Assembly: GCA_013265495.1 (NCBI GenBank)
Contig: MU058423.1
Coordinates: 1,129,061-1,193,060 of the forward strand
DNA: 64,000 nucleotides
Direction: 5' to 3'
DNA from: Vicugna vicugna
Lineage: Eukaryota
Positions 51,171-63,766 of this stretch are shown here, piece by piece. A program made the translations under genes and the position numbers. The number at the start of each line of letters is the position of its first letter. Within the stretch, counting starts at the first letter, position 1. Under the pieces are notes generated by a model. It ran no database searches. It saw nothing but the letters and a program-made list of their open reading frames with translations, and had not been told where the DNA came from.

Positions 51171-51465
51171 CTGTTTTGGCAAAGAAAGGGAGTAGGTGAC
51201 CCTCTGGGCTTTCTGAAGGCCTTTCCCGAAGACCAGAGGGTCATCTTTCCCACCTACAGGTAAACCCCTGAAATAGCTTTCATATTGCTTAACTCCCTCT
51301 CCTCCCCTTCCAGATCCAGCTGAGTCCTCAGTGAAAGCTGTGGGCTCTCTTCCCCCTCAAAAAATGTCCACAGGCCTGCATGTAGCCAATTTGATATACA
51401 AGCTTAGGGGATTCATGAATTTCTTGAGACTTGGGGGACCCCCAGGTTAAGAACCACGCTCTGAA

Positions 51466-51700
51466 GGGGAGGAATAAATTGGGAGATTGGGATTAGCGAA
51501 TACACATTACTATATATATAAAATAGATAAACAACAAGGTCCTACTATAGAGCACAGGAAACTATATTCAATAGCTTATAATAACCTATAATGAAAGAGA
51601 ATATGAAAAATAATATATATACACACATATATATAAAACTGAACCACTGTGCTGTGCACCAGAAACCAACACAACATTGTAAATCAACTGTAGTTCAATT
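51466..51700 (+). mobile_element. Short L1 3' end (first of a tandem pair) in a C1orf162 intron
   Basis: GGGAGGAATAAATTGGGAGATTGGGATTAGC...ACAACATTGTAAATCAACTGTAGTTCAATT. Confidence 0.8.
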
Positions 51701-51715
51701 AAAGAAAAAGAACCA

Positions 51716-52288
51716 TTACAATAGCCAAGACATGGAAACAGCCTAAATGTCCATCAACAGGTGACTGGATAAAGAAGATGTGGTATATTTATACAATGGA
51801 ATACTATTCAGCCATAAAAACCAACAACATAATGCAATTTGCAGCAACATGGATGTTCCTGGAGAATGTCATTCTAAGTGAGGTAAGCCAGAAAGAGAAA
51901 GAAAACTACCATATGAGATCACTCATATGTGGAACCTAAAAACAACAAAAGCAAAAAACAAAACAGAAGTAGACTCATGGACATAGAATACAAATTTGTG
52001 ATTGCCAAGGGGGCGGGGGGTGGGAAGGGACAGACTGGGATTTCAAAATGTAGAATAGATAAACAAGATTATACTGTATAGCACAGAGACATAGATACAA
52101 GATCTTATAATAGCTCACAGTGAAAAAAAATGTTGACAATGAATATATGTATGTTCATGTATAACTGAAAAATTGGAAGACGGGATGGGGTTGGGGGAGG
52201 TGTTGGAGGTGGGACACAACATTGTAAAATGACTATAACTCAATAAAAAAAAGTTAGGAAAAAAAAATAAAAATAAAAACTCCCCCAA
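51716..52288 (+). mobile_element. Younger 5'-truncated L1 (ORF2 end plus 3' UTR) inserted at the tail of the previous element
   Basis: TTACAATAGCCAAGACATGGAAACAGCCTAAATGTCCATCAACAG... ending in a poly(A) tail. TSD AAAGAAA(A/G)AGAACCA at 51701-15 and 52289-303. Confidence 0.85.
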
Positions 52289-52455
52289 AAAGAAAGAGAA
52301 CCATACTCGGACGGTAAGAAAGTGATTTAGTTCTTCCGCTGTTTCTGGTCCCATCTCTCCCGACCTCCCGCCCCAAGTCCCTACGGCAAAGCTGCCGACA
52401 CAAAATCAAATGCCACGTGGTCCGAGATGAAGAGGGTGGGAGGACTGCCGCTTAC

Positions 52456-52525
52456 TTGGGGTGGCCAGACAGGCAGGGTGCAGAGGTAACTGCCGGAGCC
52501 GCTGTGGACTGGGTGCTTTGTCTGT
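52456..52525 (-). CDS. C1orf162: C1orf162 coding exon 2
   Basis: (N)RQSTQSTAAPAVTSAPCLSGHP(N); TCTCACAG| ... AA|GTAAGC. Confidence 0.88.
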
Positions 52526-53305
52526 CTGTGAGAGAACACGAGGGGGATTAGCGCACCTGCCACGTGGCTCTCCAGCTTAAGGGTCCCCGCTGCCCCAGCA
52601 CCGTATCTAGGAAACCAGTGGAAACTAACGACGGGAGCTACAGCTCCACAAAAGGAGAGAACATGGTTTCTTAGGTCCCAGGTCCCTTAACATGAACACT
52701 AGATCAGAAACTTCAACAACAATCCGCTACACGAATGAAAGAAGGGCCGAGTGTTTCTGCAGCCCCATATGTCCCTTTGATAAAAGCACTGCAGGTCTCT
52801 CCCTCAAAGATTTTAATAAGACCCTAAGGACACATGCTTCTTGGGACTTAAGCGGAGACTCTCAAGTCCAGGGAGTAGAGACCGAAAAGTGAACCCCAGA
52901 ACTAGCGTTTCCTAAAGTCCTGGGGAATCTGACCTTGGAAACTGCTGCCTTTTTTGGTTCATTTTTTAAGGCAGCTAGTAACAGTGACTAGACAGAGGCA
53001 GCCTCAGTGAGCTTTCCTAACACCTGCACCACAAACAGAGGCTCAGCGAGGGAAGTGATTCTCATAAACTGCCTAGATGCTCTAATATTGAGCACACAGA
53101 CACCCTCCACCCAAAGCTGGAGGATCAGAGAGTTCCCTCTAGTTCCCCTTTTCATTCATCTTGGCATTGGATCCTGCATCGTGGTAAAATCTGATTCTTC
53201 CAACTTCGGAAATGTTTCATTACAGCCCTTCAGCACAGTTTCCGGTCATCCCAGTCCATTTCAACTCAGCAGTGAGGCAGGTAATGAGTTCTGTCCCGGA
53301 CTTAC

Positions 53306-53342
53306 TATTGTTGGATTCAGGTTTGGAAATACCGCTTCCCAT
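53306..53342 (-). CDS. C1orf162: C1orf162 first coding exon (exon acceptor at 53354)
   Basis: GACATGG Kozak context; MGSGISKPESNN; donor A|GTAAGT. The five exons join in frame to 414 nt = 137 aa. Confidence 0.85.
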
Positions 53343-55325
53343 GTCTCTGTCCCCTGAGGATTAAAAAAAAAAAATAGTACCTCCTAGAGAACTTGGTAAG
53401 GACAGGCAGCAGAGGGGCTAATTCTGAAACTGTAATCTTAATATAAGAGCAGTAGCATGGGGGAGAGGCAAGTGGTGGGTGGGTGTTCTAGTGAGATCAG
53501 GAGTCACACACTTTATAGTGTGAGTACCACAGCTCAGGAGGCAGTCCTCAGCTTTGTAGGTCCATAAGTTTGATCTTATTACGGCACCGAGAATCAAATG
53601 ATTGCTCTGGAACTGACTCACAGCAACCAACCCACAGGAGACTGATGTATGAACTGGAATGACATAAGGAACACGTTGATGTTAACCAGTGCATTCTATC
53701 AGAACATATGAAAAAGCCAGTTAAAACCATAATTTTGTCTGATAAACATTGAATTGAAGTAAGTATGAGAGATGCAGGATGGCTGATTTTAATACTGAGT
53801 GTCATCTGGGTCTGATGCATTCACTTCACTCTTTCCTGGAAATGCTGCATAAACTGACTAACTTGTTCTTCGAAGTCTTTCCTCCAGGTTGCATTGGACA
53901 CTTCCATTTTGTTCACATATTATCTTTTCAAGTGTGGCAATGCCCTTATCTAAACTATGGTTCTGTTTGTTAAGCTTTCTGTATTTTCCCTCTTATTTAT
54001 TTGTCCTAAGAAGCATGAAGTACCTAAAAGCAGAAAAGCAAAACTACCCAAACTCCCACTGCCCATTGTCAATATTCTAGTTGAACTTCCATGCATTTTT
54101 TAAAAAGCTAGTTGAAATACTTCTTCATATCTTCTTTTTTCACTAAGCTTTTTATCATAAACATTTCCCTATTTTATTAAAAGCTTTCTGTAAGTCTTTT
54201 TAGTGGTGATGTATCTTTCTGTTATTGCTATGTACTATAGCTTGCTTTGCTAGTTCCCTGCTTGTTGATAAAAATTACTCTCACTTTTATTTAAATAAAA
54301 TAAAGTAATAAAACAATTTTAGGAGGCCACAATTTTGCTTCGTACTTGGACAAACTCAAGATAAGGATTTTTGGCTCTGCAATAGCTACTATAGTTTAAG
54401 ATAATTTATTTAGACAATAAATGCCATCAATCATGTCTGTTTAATTGTTCAGCTCTCAAGAGCAAATCAATTTCCAAGTCTTGGACATGGGGGAGGGTTG
54501 GGAGAAGGACACCATGTACCAGTTACAGCAGTAAAAGTAACATTATCAAGTGCCTTATATCAGCCAAACTCTTTAAAAGCATGTAATTAAGGATAATAAA
54601 AAAAGTTGCCAATAGGGAAATTTGGTGAGAATTCTAAGCCATGAGACCGGAAAGCCCACTATCCATAGCGAATCAACCACGGTAACAATTTTTCTAGCAC
54701 TTTTTGCTCCTTTTCTAATGTCAAAGTCAATGGTGCTTTTGTAGAGCACCTTAAAATATTTATATACTATTTTTTAAATATTGAAATACATGTTTGCACT
54801 AAACAGAGTACGAACATATCCTGTGAACTTGTACTGGGCCATACCATTGGGGAGGTAGAAGAGGAAAGGACCATGGTTTCTGTAAAACCTTAATCTTCCA
54901 TGAGTGGTTCTGACTTTTACAACCACCCCCTAAAAATGTTAGCACAGCCACTGAAACAAAAGCTGGGCCCCCCACCCTGGAAGACAAAACCATCGCACAC
55001 CACCACAGGGAAACAGTCACTTACAGATCCAGGCCAAGAAAACCAGGAAACACATTCTCTTTGAAAACAGCACCTCCAAATATTTGACAAAAACGTAAAT
55101 TAAAACAGAAACAGTGCTATATATACCTTTTCACCTTTTTTCTGGCATTGGAGAGTCTTCCTGATTGTCAAAATCCACCAACTACATGCAGCTGTTCAAA
55201 TACAACCCTTCCCCCACCACATAAAGTTAAAAAGAAAAAAAGAAGAAACCGCTAAAAATTAGATAACATTTTCTTTTGGTGATCATTCCATCTAGATTCA
55301 AAGCATGGAGGGTAAACAAATTTAC

Positions 55326-55495
55326 CTTTTAAGAAAAAGTCCGGTCATGAGATGTTTGAGACTGAGCTTTTTACACACTGCTTCAGCCACCACCCCTTTT
55401 TTTCAGGATGATGAAACAATGGGTACTCCCACCACCACTGCCTCCATCAAGCTCCGTGTCGCAAAGATCCAGGGCAGACTTCCTCTTTGTGGCCA
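55326..55495 (-). promoter_or_regulatory. C1orf162: Candidate C1orf162 non-coding exon 1 and PU.1-type promoter
   Basis: Minus-strand AAAGAGGAAGT (PU.1 consensus) at 55478-88 and donor AAG|GTAAAT at 55326/55325. An alternative donor GTAAGT lies at 55024. Confidence 0.5.
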
Positions 55496-55689
55496 ACATT
55501 ATATATATATTTTTAACTCCATAAGTAGAGAATAGAACGGAGGGGAATAAGACAAGTTTTTTTTTTTCTTTTTTTTTGTCTTCCTTTCTCTTTGCTCGTT
55601 TTTCTTGCTAGATAATGCCTTTTTTTCCTTTTGTCTCTCTTCTTTATATTAGGGATTTTTTAAAAAAAATTTTCCCCTGGGTATTTATT

Positions 55690-55839
55690 TTTAAGAGATG
55701 AGTTTGTTTATCTATTTATCTATGGGGGGAGGTAATTAGATTTTATTCATTTAATTTTTAATGGTAATAACTGGGGATCAAACCTACAACCTCGTGCATG
55801 TTAAGCACATACTGAGCTATTGAGCTGTAGCCTCCCCCC
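55690..55839 (-). mobile_element. tRNA-derived SINE (Vic-1-like), more diverged copy
   Basis: Reverse complement GGGGGGAGGCTACAGCTCAATAG...CATGCACGAGG...GGTTTGATCCCCAG...TAATTACCTCCCC. Confidence 0.8.
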
Positions 55840-55849
55840 AACAGGTTTA

Positions 55850-58745
55850 TTTCTAATTAAGCATTTACTGAGTATGTAACCACCATGCCAAATATTGGGG
55901 GGTCACAGTGGTATGACATTGTATTTGCCATCAAACCCCTTGCAGTCTCATTTATTCTAACCAGAGAGATGAGCTTGATAAAACAAAACAAAACAAAACC
56001 ATGAAGAGCAAGTGCAGGCTGGACAGACTTTGGATGTTAAGATTATGGAGATCTTGTCAAAGGGAAGGTGAATTATTGACTTATAAACATTTATCCATAA
56101 AACAATATTAATAAATACACTCGCTAAGTGAACACAGTGGCCATGCAATGGGCTAAGCGCTGTGGGTATTTCAGGGATAAGGCAGAAAGCTCCTCCTGGG
56201 GCCTACGGTCTGACTGAGAAGAGAAATGACAAACAAGGAAACAACAGAGTCACCACGGACTGAGTTTGGGGCCATGGAGGACGGAAGCAGAGTGCCATGC
56301 TGGGGAGTCAACGATGGGAGAACGACTTCAGAGAAACTAGATGACCGGGGAGGGCCCGTCCAAGGAGCCATATTTACTCTGAGAACCAGAGGACAGGAAG
56401 GAGCTGGCCTGGCACAGAGCCTGGGAAGACAGTTTCAGGCAGAAGGCAGAGCAACTCGTGGGCCTGGAAGAAGGGAAGGGCTGGCAGAGCTGGCAGAGTC
56501 AGGCAAGGATTTTGTGTGAGCAGGGAGACCTGGAGCTCGGGGCCTGGAGCGTGGGTGGGTTTGGATGAGCGGAGAAGGGACCACGTGAGGCGGGCCCAGG
56601 CACTTGTGATCTCACGTGTTATCATATCATGGTTCAGGAGTGCAGGCTTTGTAAACGGGGGAAGTAGAAAACAGTTGCATAGACAGATTTGAGATGGATT
56701 GTGGAGGTCTTTAAGTCCAAGCAAAACATACATTTTAAGCATTAATAAGGAACAATGGAAGGTTTTTGAATTGGGGTATAATATGATAAACACGGCCTTT
56801 AAGATAGATTATACCACATCAAACAAGATAAACTGTGGGTAAAGAAAGGGATGAGGAAGCAAGCTAGGGGAGTGTGGCAACATCTCAGGTATCTAATAAG
56901 GGTGCGAGCATCGGGAATGGGGAGGAGTCCCCAGGTGAAATAAGATGGGAAGTTATCAAACTTGCAACCAGGATACAGGGCGTGAAACAGCAGAATAAGT
57001 CAACAGTTACTTCAAGTGTTTGAATCTCAGTGGCTGAGAGAATTCATTTGTTCATTCACTCCAAAATCACTTATTGAACATTTACCATGTTCCATGTACT
57101 GAGTTCCAAGTTCTGAGGACCAAACGATGAGCAAAAGACAGCCTTCCGTGCAGGATCCCTGGTTGTGTATGCCTAAGACACGGGGAACCAGGGAAGGCTT
57201 CCTGGAGGAAAAAAGCCCAAATCTGCTGTGACTGGAGTTCCACTAGGTCAAGACGGGGCGGGGAGGGGGGATGATCAGATGGAAGAGAACATTAAAATTC
57301 AAAACCCCTGTGCCAGAAAGGAGAGTAGGAAGTCCAAAAACAAACAAACAAAAAGGCTGGTGTGAAAGACCTAGGAAGCTTTTGAGGAGGTGCTGGAGTG
57401 TTGGGGGCACGCGCAGCAGGCTGGGGGTGGAGTTTGAGAGCCAGGAAGTGGCCAGCTCCCTCAGAGCTTTTGTTTTTATGACAAAAGAAGTGGGCTTACC
57501 TACACTGAAGGTACTAAACAATGGCGACGTGCTCAGAATTGCTTTCTGAAAAAATCTCTAAAACTGGGGGAGAGAGAACAGACTGGAAGGCAGCTGGAAT
57601 AGCTGTGAAAAGACTGGTCAAGAGATCATTATGGTGATCCCGTCGAGGGGTAACAGTAGCTGGGACTAGGCTGGTAGCCGCAGAGAGATGGAGATGTAAC
57701 TGAATTTGAGAGAGATTAGGACAGCGGTAGCAAATACAAGGGAGGATAAAAGTCAAGGGCTGTGATCAGGGATATCGCCGAAGGGCTGAAGGAGGAAGAG
57801 GAGCCAGAGAAGGAGAGCAGCAGCTCAAGATTCAGAGTGAAGATTAATTAATCAGACATTTACTGAGCACCTACCATGACCCAAACATGCTGCTAAGTTC
57901 TGGAGTAAGTAAGTGTGCTAAGTTCTGGAGTAAGTAAGTGTAATGAAACGTTGCAGATACTGTGTTAGGCACACAGGATGAAGTGGGACCCAAAAGAGAA
58001 AGGACTCAGGCTACACAATGAGGAGGCAGAGTGGGTGTCTAGAAAAGCATCATAGAGGAGATGCTGTTTCAATTGCATCTTGAAAGATGAATCACATTTT
58101 CTAGGCAGACTGAGGAAGGAAGTGTATTCTGGGCAGAGGGACCATGTGAGCAAAGACATGCTTTGTCATGTTTGTCATGTTCAGAGGAATTCAAGTATTT
58201 CAGCATTGCTGGTGCTACAGGGAGTGAGGGTGGATGGGGGCGGGGAATGGAGGAGGAAAGGCCACAGGGGAAGGGCAGGACCACCTGATGGAGGATCCTA
58301 AATAGACTTCAGTGTAAAGGCAACGGAGAGACTGCTGAAGCACGTAACATCACATTCCGGTTTGGGCACCGGAGTGTAGGAGGGACTGGTGAGGGGCCAG
58401 AGAGTAGGCGGGGAGTCCTTTGCAGAGTTTCAGGTGAGAAACAGGGAAGACGTGATCAGAGGCACTGGCCTTGGAGCAGAGGAGGGAGGGCAGGAAGGTG
58501 ATGAAATCGGTCTTTCACTGGTTGTGAGAGGAAGGTAAGGGAGAGAGAGGAGCTCAGGAGAGCTCCCAGGATTCTGCACCGGATCATGGATTAACAGTGA
58601 GAATATAGAAGGGAGTGGGCACATATAATGAGTTTACTTCCAGACACATTGAGTTTAGGGTGCCCGTGGAACGTTGGAGTAGAGATGCCGAGGGTGTAGT
58701 TGGATGCACAGGTCGGAGACTCACGGAAGAGGTCTAGATTTGTGT
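55850..58745. mobile_element. Cluster of decayed L2 fragments (purine-rich on +)
   Basis: CATTTACTGAGCACCTACCATG, GAAGGCTTCCTGGAGGA, GACACATTGAGTTTAGGGTGCC and similar motifs. Individual boundaries unresolved. Confidence 0.6.
57891..57940. repeat. Perfect 25-bp tandem duplication
   Basis: TGCTAAGTTCTGGAGTAAGTAAGTG x2 (57891-915, 57916-940). Confidence 0.95.
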
Positions 58746-61325
58746 GGTAGAGGGTACTAGTTCTCACCCTGCCTCTCAGTTCTTGGCCTGATGATTTCTT
58801 ATTATCTCTAGGTGCTTTAATATTTTTAAGATGTGTTTTGTATTTCACCCAGATGTTAAAAATTTCTTCAGTCAGAGAGTTGGTCTGAGTTACCTAGTCT
58901 AGCATTACTGGAAGCAAATGTTAAAATATTTTGCATCTTAATTGCATTTAACTCCAACCACAAGGTTCTAGGAATTTAAATCTTAATTATATTTCTCACT
59001 CCAACAACAAAGAGAAAATTCAATTTTAAGCCAGGTGTGTTTTACAACATTAATAAAGAATAAATGGTTTGTAGAATAAACCTTACAAAAGACGTACAAG
59101 ACCCTAACAGAGAACATTTTTAATGAAAAACACTTATGACCCAATAAATAGAAACATAATCCCTAATTTACTCGCTTTCTCTGGTATCATTTATCTTGTT
59201 CTATTTCCTGCATTTCCTGGAAACCAGAATTTATGTCTTACGTCTTGATAGATCAACCAAAATATTTTTGGCTAGATTACATCAAGGTCGTATGGTCTAC
59301 TTCATATTTCAGCACTCTAGGAAGCATACCTGGTTATTCCACCATGAGTGATGCTAAGAATAATCATTGAATTAGGTAATTGGCCACTTGATTGGAATGA
59401 TCTTCAGATTCTTTTTAGTTACAACTGATTAAAAATTATTTTTATGGTCATTATAAAGTTTATAACAAAAGTAAAGAATTTAATAACATTTCCTTTTTTA
59501 TTGTCAAATGTAATCCATTTCTTTTGCTAATACAGAAATACTTCAACTGGACTTTTTCATACCATACATTCAAAAAATAATTGTGGTAACTCTAATTTGA
59601 GATTGCACCACCAGTCACTATGCAGCCAGTTTGTCAGTACTGAACCACGTCCGCCACATAGAAATAAATTTCCGGTATTTTGAAGGAAGAGATTTGAGGC
59701 TGTAATTTGGACTCTAGGAACCCTGCTCAGGGTTATCTCCTTCTCCTTACCGCCTTCTCGAACCTGACTGGTTTCTCTCTGGGTTGTGGCACCATGCTCC
59801 TTGCGCGCAGGTAAACAAACTCCTGCAGCACACCCACAGGCCCTTGTCCAAAAGGAGCAGTGTGTGCTCTACAGCTGGTGGCTGCAGGACCATCCAGGTG
59901 ACAGAGCACTGGCCTGGCTACCCACACAGCACACTGCAGTGTTGCTGTGAGTGCAGATGTCACTCACTGGCTCCCTAGCTCTGGGGACCGTGGGGCATGC
60001 TGTTAGTCTCTGCTTGGATCCTGTGGCCTTATGAGGAGCCCCAGATGAAGGTGTTCTCAGTCCAAACTGACTGGCCTGAGGGCTCTGGCAGCCTCATGGC
60101 TAGCCTGGCTGCCCCCTGGACTGAGGAGAATAGTATTTCCTGAATATAGGCCATTCACGGCCACCTGTTTGGGAAGCTCTAAACTTGTGCAAAGGTTGTG
60201 AGCTGGAAAAGTCTAGATGTTTGAGAAACAGCCAGGAAAGAAGCACCAAAGTAGAATAAACCAGGAGAGAAGTAGGTGGGATCAGAGAGACTGCAGGGGA
60301 CCAGATCACACAGGATCTTGTGAGCTATGGTTGAAATTGAATGTGACGGGGCATAAAAATTTTTTATGTGGGGGAATATGATTTGACTTACGTTTTATTA
60401 ACCTCATCTGGCTGCAGAGAATTGTTAAAAGGGATGCAAGAATGACGACGGATAATCATAGCAGTCCAAGTGGAACACAACAGCTTGGATTAGGCAGTGG
60501 CAGTATTTATCAATTTGCGGCAAGTTTTAAGAGTAGAGACGACAGGACTTGCTGAGATAGAAAAGTGAAAGGGACTAAGGTTGACTCCTAGATTTTGGGT
60601 TGAGCAACTTGGGTGAATGGTACTGCATCTGAAGTGGAGAAAACTAGGGAGAGCAAGCTGGGAGTGAAGATTAAGAGATCTGTTTTGGACTTAGGTTCGA
60701 GATGACTTTCAAACATCCAGATAGGTGTGCAGACATACTAGGGTCCCTCCTTCCATCAAAGACCCCTACTTCTAACTGTGCTCTGCATCTTGTCATCTTA
60801 TACTTCTCAGGAATCTTACACTATCAGTTGTCCTCTCACTCTCTCACATCGACTTCTCCCTTGCTGCTTTTCTTTTCCAAAGCATTTAAACCTGCTCAAG
60901 CCACTCCTATTTCTGAACAAAAACAAAAAGTCCCTCAAACTCTTCTGTTTTAACTCACACATCCTCCTCGATCATTGTCTTCCTTTTTCTCTTCCTCTTT
61001 ATAGCCATACTTCTGGACAAAATGCTACCACTGAGAGCGGCAATGACCTTCCAGTTGAATCAAATGGGCACATCTTGGCCCTTATCTTACTTGACCTCTT
61101 AGCATCAGTTTCCAACTTAAACTGCCCTCCTCTGCTGAAGCGACACACCCCTCGTCCTCCTCCCACCTCTCTGGCCCTTCCTCCTCAGGCTCCTTTACCT
61201 GGTCGATCTCCATCTAATCTGAGACAACCTTCTCTTCTCACTCTATACTATTTAACTAGGTTATTTCATCCATTCCCTATACCTAACTTACTATCTATAT
61301 GCTCCTGACCTTAATTTATGTTTCT

Positions 61326-61424
61326 TTTTTTTAAATTGAAGTACAATTACAATGTGTCAATTTCTGGTGTACAGCACAGTCCCAGTCACGCATATATATA
61401 CATACATACATTTGTTTTCATATT
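61326..61424 (-). mobile_element. Very short L1 3' end with a perfect 15-bp TSD
   Basis: Poly-T then AATTGAAGTACAATTACAATGTGTCAATTTCTGGTGTACAGC. TSD TTAATTTATGTTTCT at 61311-25 and 61425-39. Confidence 0.88.
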
Positions 61425-61855
61425 TTAATTTATGTTTCTAGCTATAACTTTCACCAGAGCTTCAGCTCATTTCCCACGTTACCACATGGCCATCACTCAT
61501 ATTCAATATATTCAATATTGAATTCATATTCACTATTAATTCAATACTTCTGTTCAGTAAGAAAACATGCAGTACTTTCTCCCTTGAAATTACTACTTCT
61601 CATCTAATCTCTATCTCAATTAACAGTAACACCAGAAGCCAGAAACCTGGGAGACAATTTACACACTTCTTCCAATTTTACACTCTGCTCTCCTCCTAAT
61701 AAGCAAGGCTTGTCAACTCAAACTCTAAAATCTATACCAAATCTCCTTCTCTCATTATCACCATTCTCTTTCAAGCCATCATCAGCTCCCACCTAGACTC
61801 TGATAGCTTCCTCCCTGCTCTTGCCGCCCACTCTTACTGACTTCCACTATCTTTC

Positions 61856-61979
61856 AGGGGTCAGAGCTGTCAAAAAAACCCAACAGAACATAAGGATGAA
61901 GATGCAACAGAGATTATGTGGCTTGCAAAGTCTGAACTATTACTATCTGGCCCTTTAGAGAAAAAGTTTGCTGACTACT
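61856..61979. mobile_element. MER58-like hAT-Charlie fragment
   Basis: CAGGGGTCAG...TACTATCTGGCCCTTTAGAGAAAAAGTTTGCTGAC. Confidence 0.7.
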
Positions 61980-63766
61980 ATTTCAATACATTATTTATAA
62001 TTTCCTCTGCTCAAATCTTTTTCCTGGCTTCCCATTCTTTTAAAGAACATACAATTCTTTAATATGGCCAGGAAAGCCATAAACCTGCACAATCTGGATA
62101 AACTACTTCTCCAGCATCATCTCCTGCCGTTCTCCCCTTCCCTCTCTATGCTCCAGTTCTGTTTTTCAAGGTGCCACACTCTTTCTCACCTCGGGGTCTT
62201 TGCACAAGATGTCCCGCTTTATTATCTCCCTATCCTTCAGATTATCAATTTAAATATAATTTGTTCCAGAAGGCCTTTCAAGATCTCCTATGCTGGATTA
62301 AGTTCACTTATTATGCGTGTCCCTATCACCCTACAGTTTTACCATTAGGAATATACACTGTTCGATGTCTAGGCTGCCAGGCTGAGAGCTTTGGGGACAG
62401 ACAGTATGTTGCCTTACTAGCCTAGTTTCAAGGTGCCTGACACATACTGTGCTTTTCATGACTGAGTGAACGTCCTGTTCCTCCACTGAGAAACCATTCT
62501 TTCAATGTCCATCCTTACCTTTCTAGACTCAGTGGAAGAAGTTTCCCTTCTGTTGAGGCTAATTCCTCCACTTGTCATCTGAGTATCATTCTCCCACTTA
62601 CGGATTTTACTACACCTACCACCCCTCTCTGTTCTTTCCATCCTCTTCTTCCTTCAGTTTTTCTTTACAGCTATTATTAGTTCAAGCCTCTTTCATCTTA
62701 AAACAGACTCCCCTTAGCCAATCTTTGGCTCCCTCTAGTTCCTATCCCCTATCTCCTGGGGTGAGAAATGTTCTTGGTTATTCTACCTTAGGCCTGTTTC
62801 CCCACTGCCTTTCAATCCTTTAACACCACTGTAATCTATCTTCTGTCCCTGCCATTCAATCAAAATTACTGAGAAGGGCCACCAAAGACCTCCAACTTAT
62901 CTTAAGTCCTCTTAATCTTCTCGGAAAATCGGCTATTCCTACATGAAACTCTCCACTCTCCTGATTTTACGCCACTACTCTCTGCTGGTTCCCCTCCAGA
63001 GACTAGCCATTCCCTCTTTTGCAGAAAACTGTTCTCTGCTGTTTCTTAAACATCGTTCTTTCATGACTTACACTTAGCCCTATTCTTTTTCCTGAAACAC
63101 AGTTCCTGCTGTATTCCAAGTCACAGTGAACAGTACGTCCCCTTTTCTTCTCTCAAGCAAGAAATCTGTGACTCAACTTGATTCTTCCTTTCTTCCATAC
63201 TCTCCCCACATCAAGTCCTACTAATGTTGCGTTTAATAGCTCTCATCAATTCCTTCCTTTCCACCCACACTGCCTAAGCCTTTAAGGTCTTCAATGCCTT
63301 TAGCTACAAAGACCCAAGAGCCCAAGTAGCTTTGCCTCTCTCCAAACCATGCTCTACTGCTATTAGTGATTTTTCTGAAACAAAAATCTAGTCATCATTC
63401 CTCTGCTTAAAACCTCTCACTGGCCTCTGGATGCTCAGAACAAGACTCAACATCTAAGAACAGCAAATAGAGACCTAATATACTCCTTACTATTTATAAT
63501 TCACTTTTAACTAACTTCTTGAGTTTAAAAAATGTTAGCTCTCCTGCACTGGCTCCTCCACAATCACAGATGCTGTTTCATCTTCCTGGATTCTAACATC
63601 CCCTCTTTAGGCTAATTTTTTCTTGCAAGTGCCAGCTCAGACATCATTTTCTGTCACCTTTCTGCTCTCTCCATGTTATACAGGATACTTTCATTGACAC
63701 CTTGGGAATAGAATTTTTGCTTTTTAAGTATTATTCATTCAGGTTAACACTTATGGATAGGATAGT

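Larger units (their letters stand above)
60200..63700. mobile_element. Decayed L2 fragments in both orientations (switch near 60730)
   Basis: Purine-rich L2 text to about 60725, then pyrimidine-rich L2 text (CTTATCTTACTTGACCTCTTAGCATCA, CCAGAAACCTGGGAG, CCTCTGCTTAAAACC). Confidence 0.6.

Noticed and set aside
59700..59980. GC-richer island with a faint resemblance to a small ribosomal-protein retrocopy
   Set aside because: No consistent alignment, poly(A) or TSD could be established; a BLAST search is needed.
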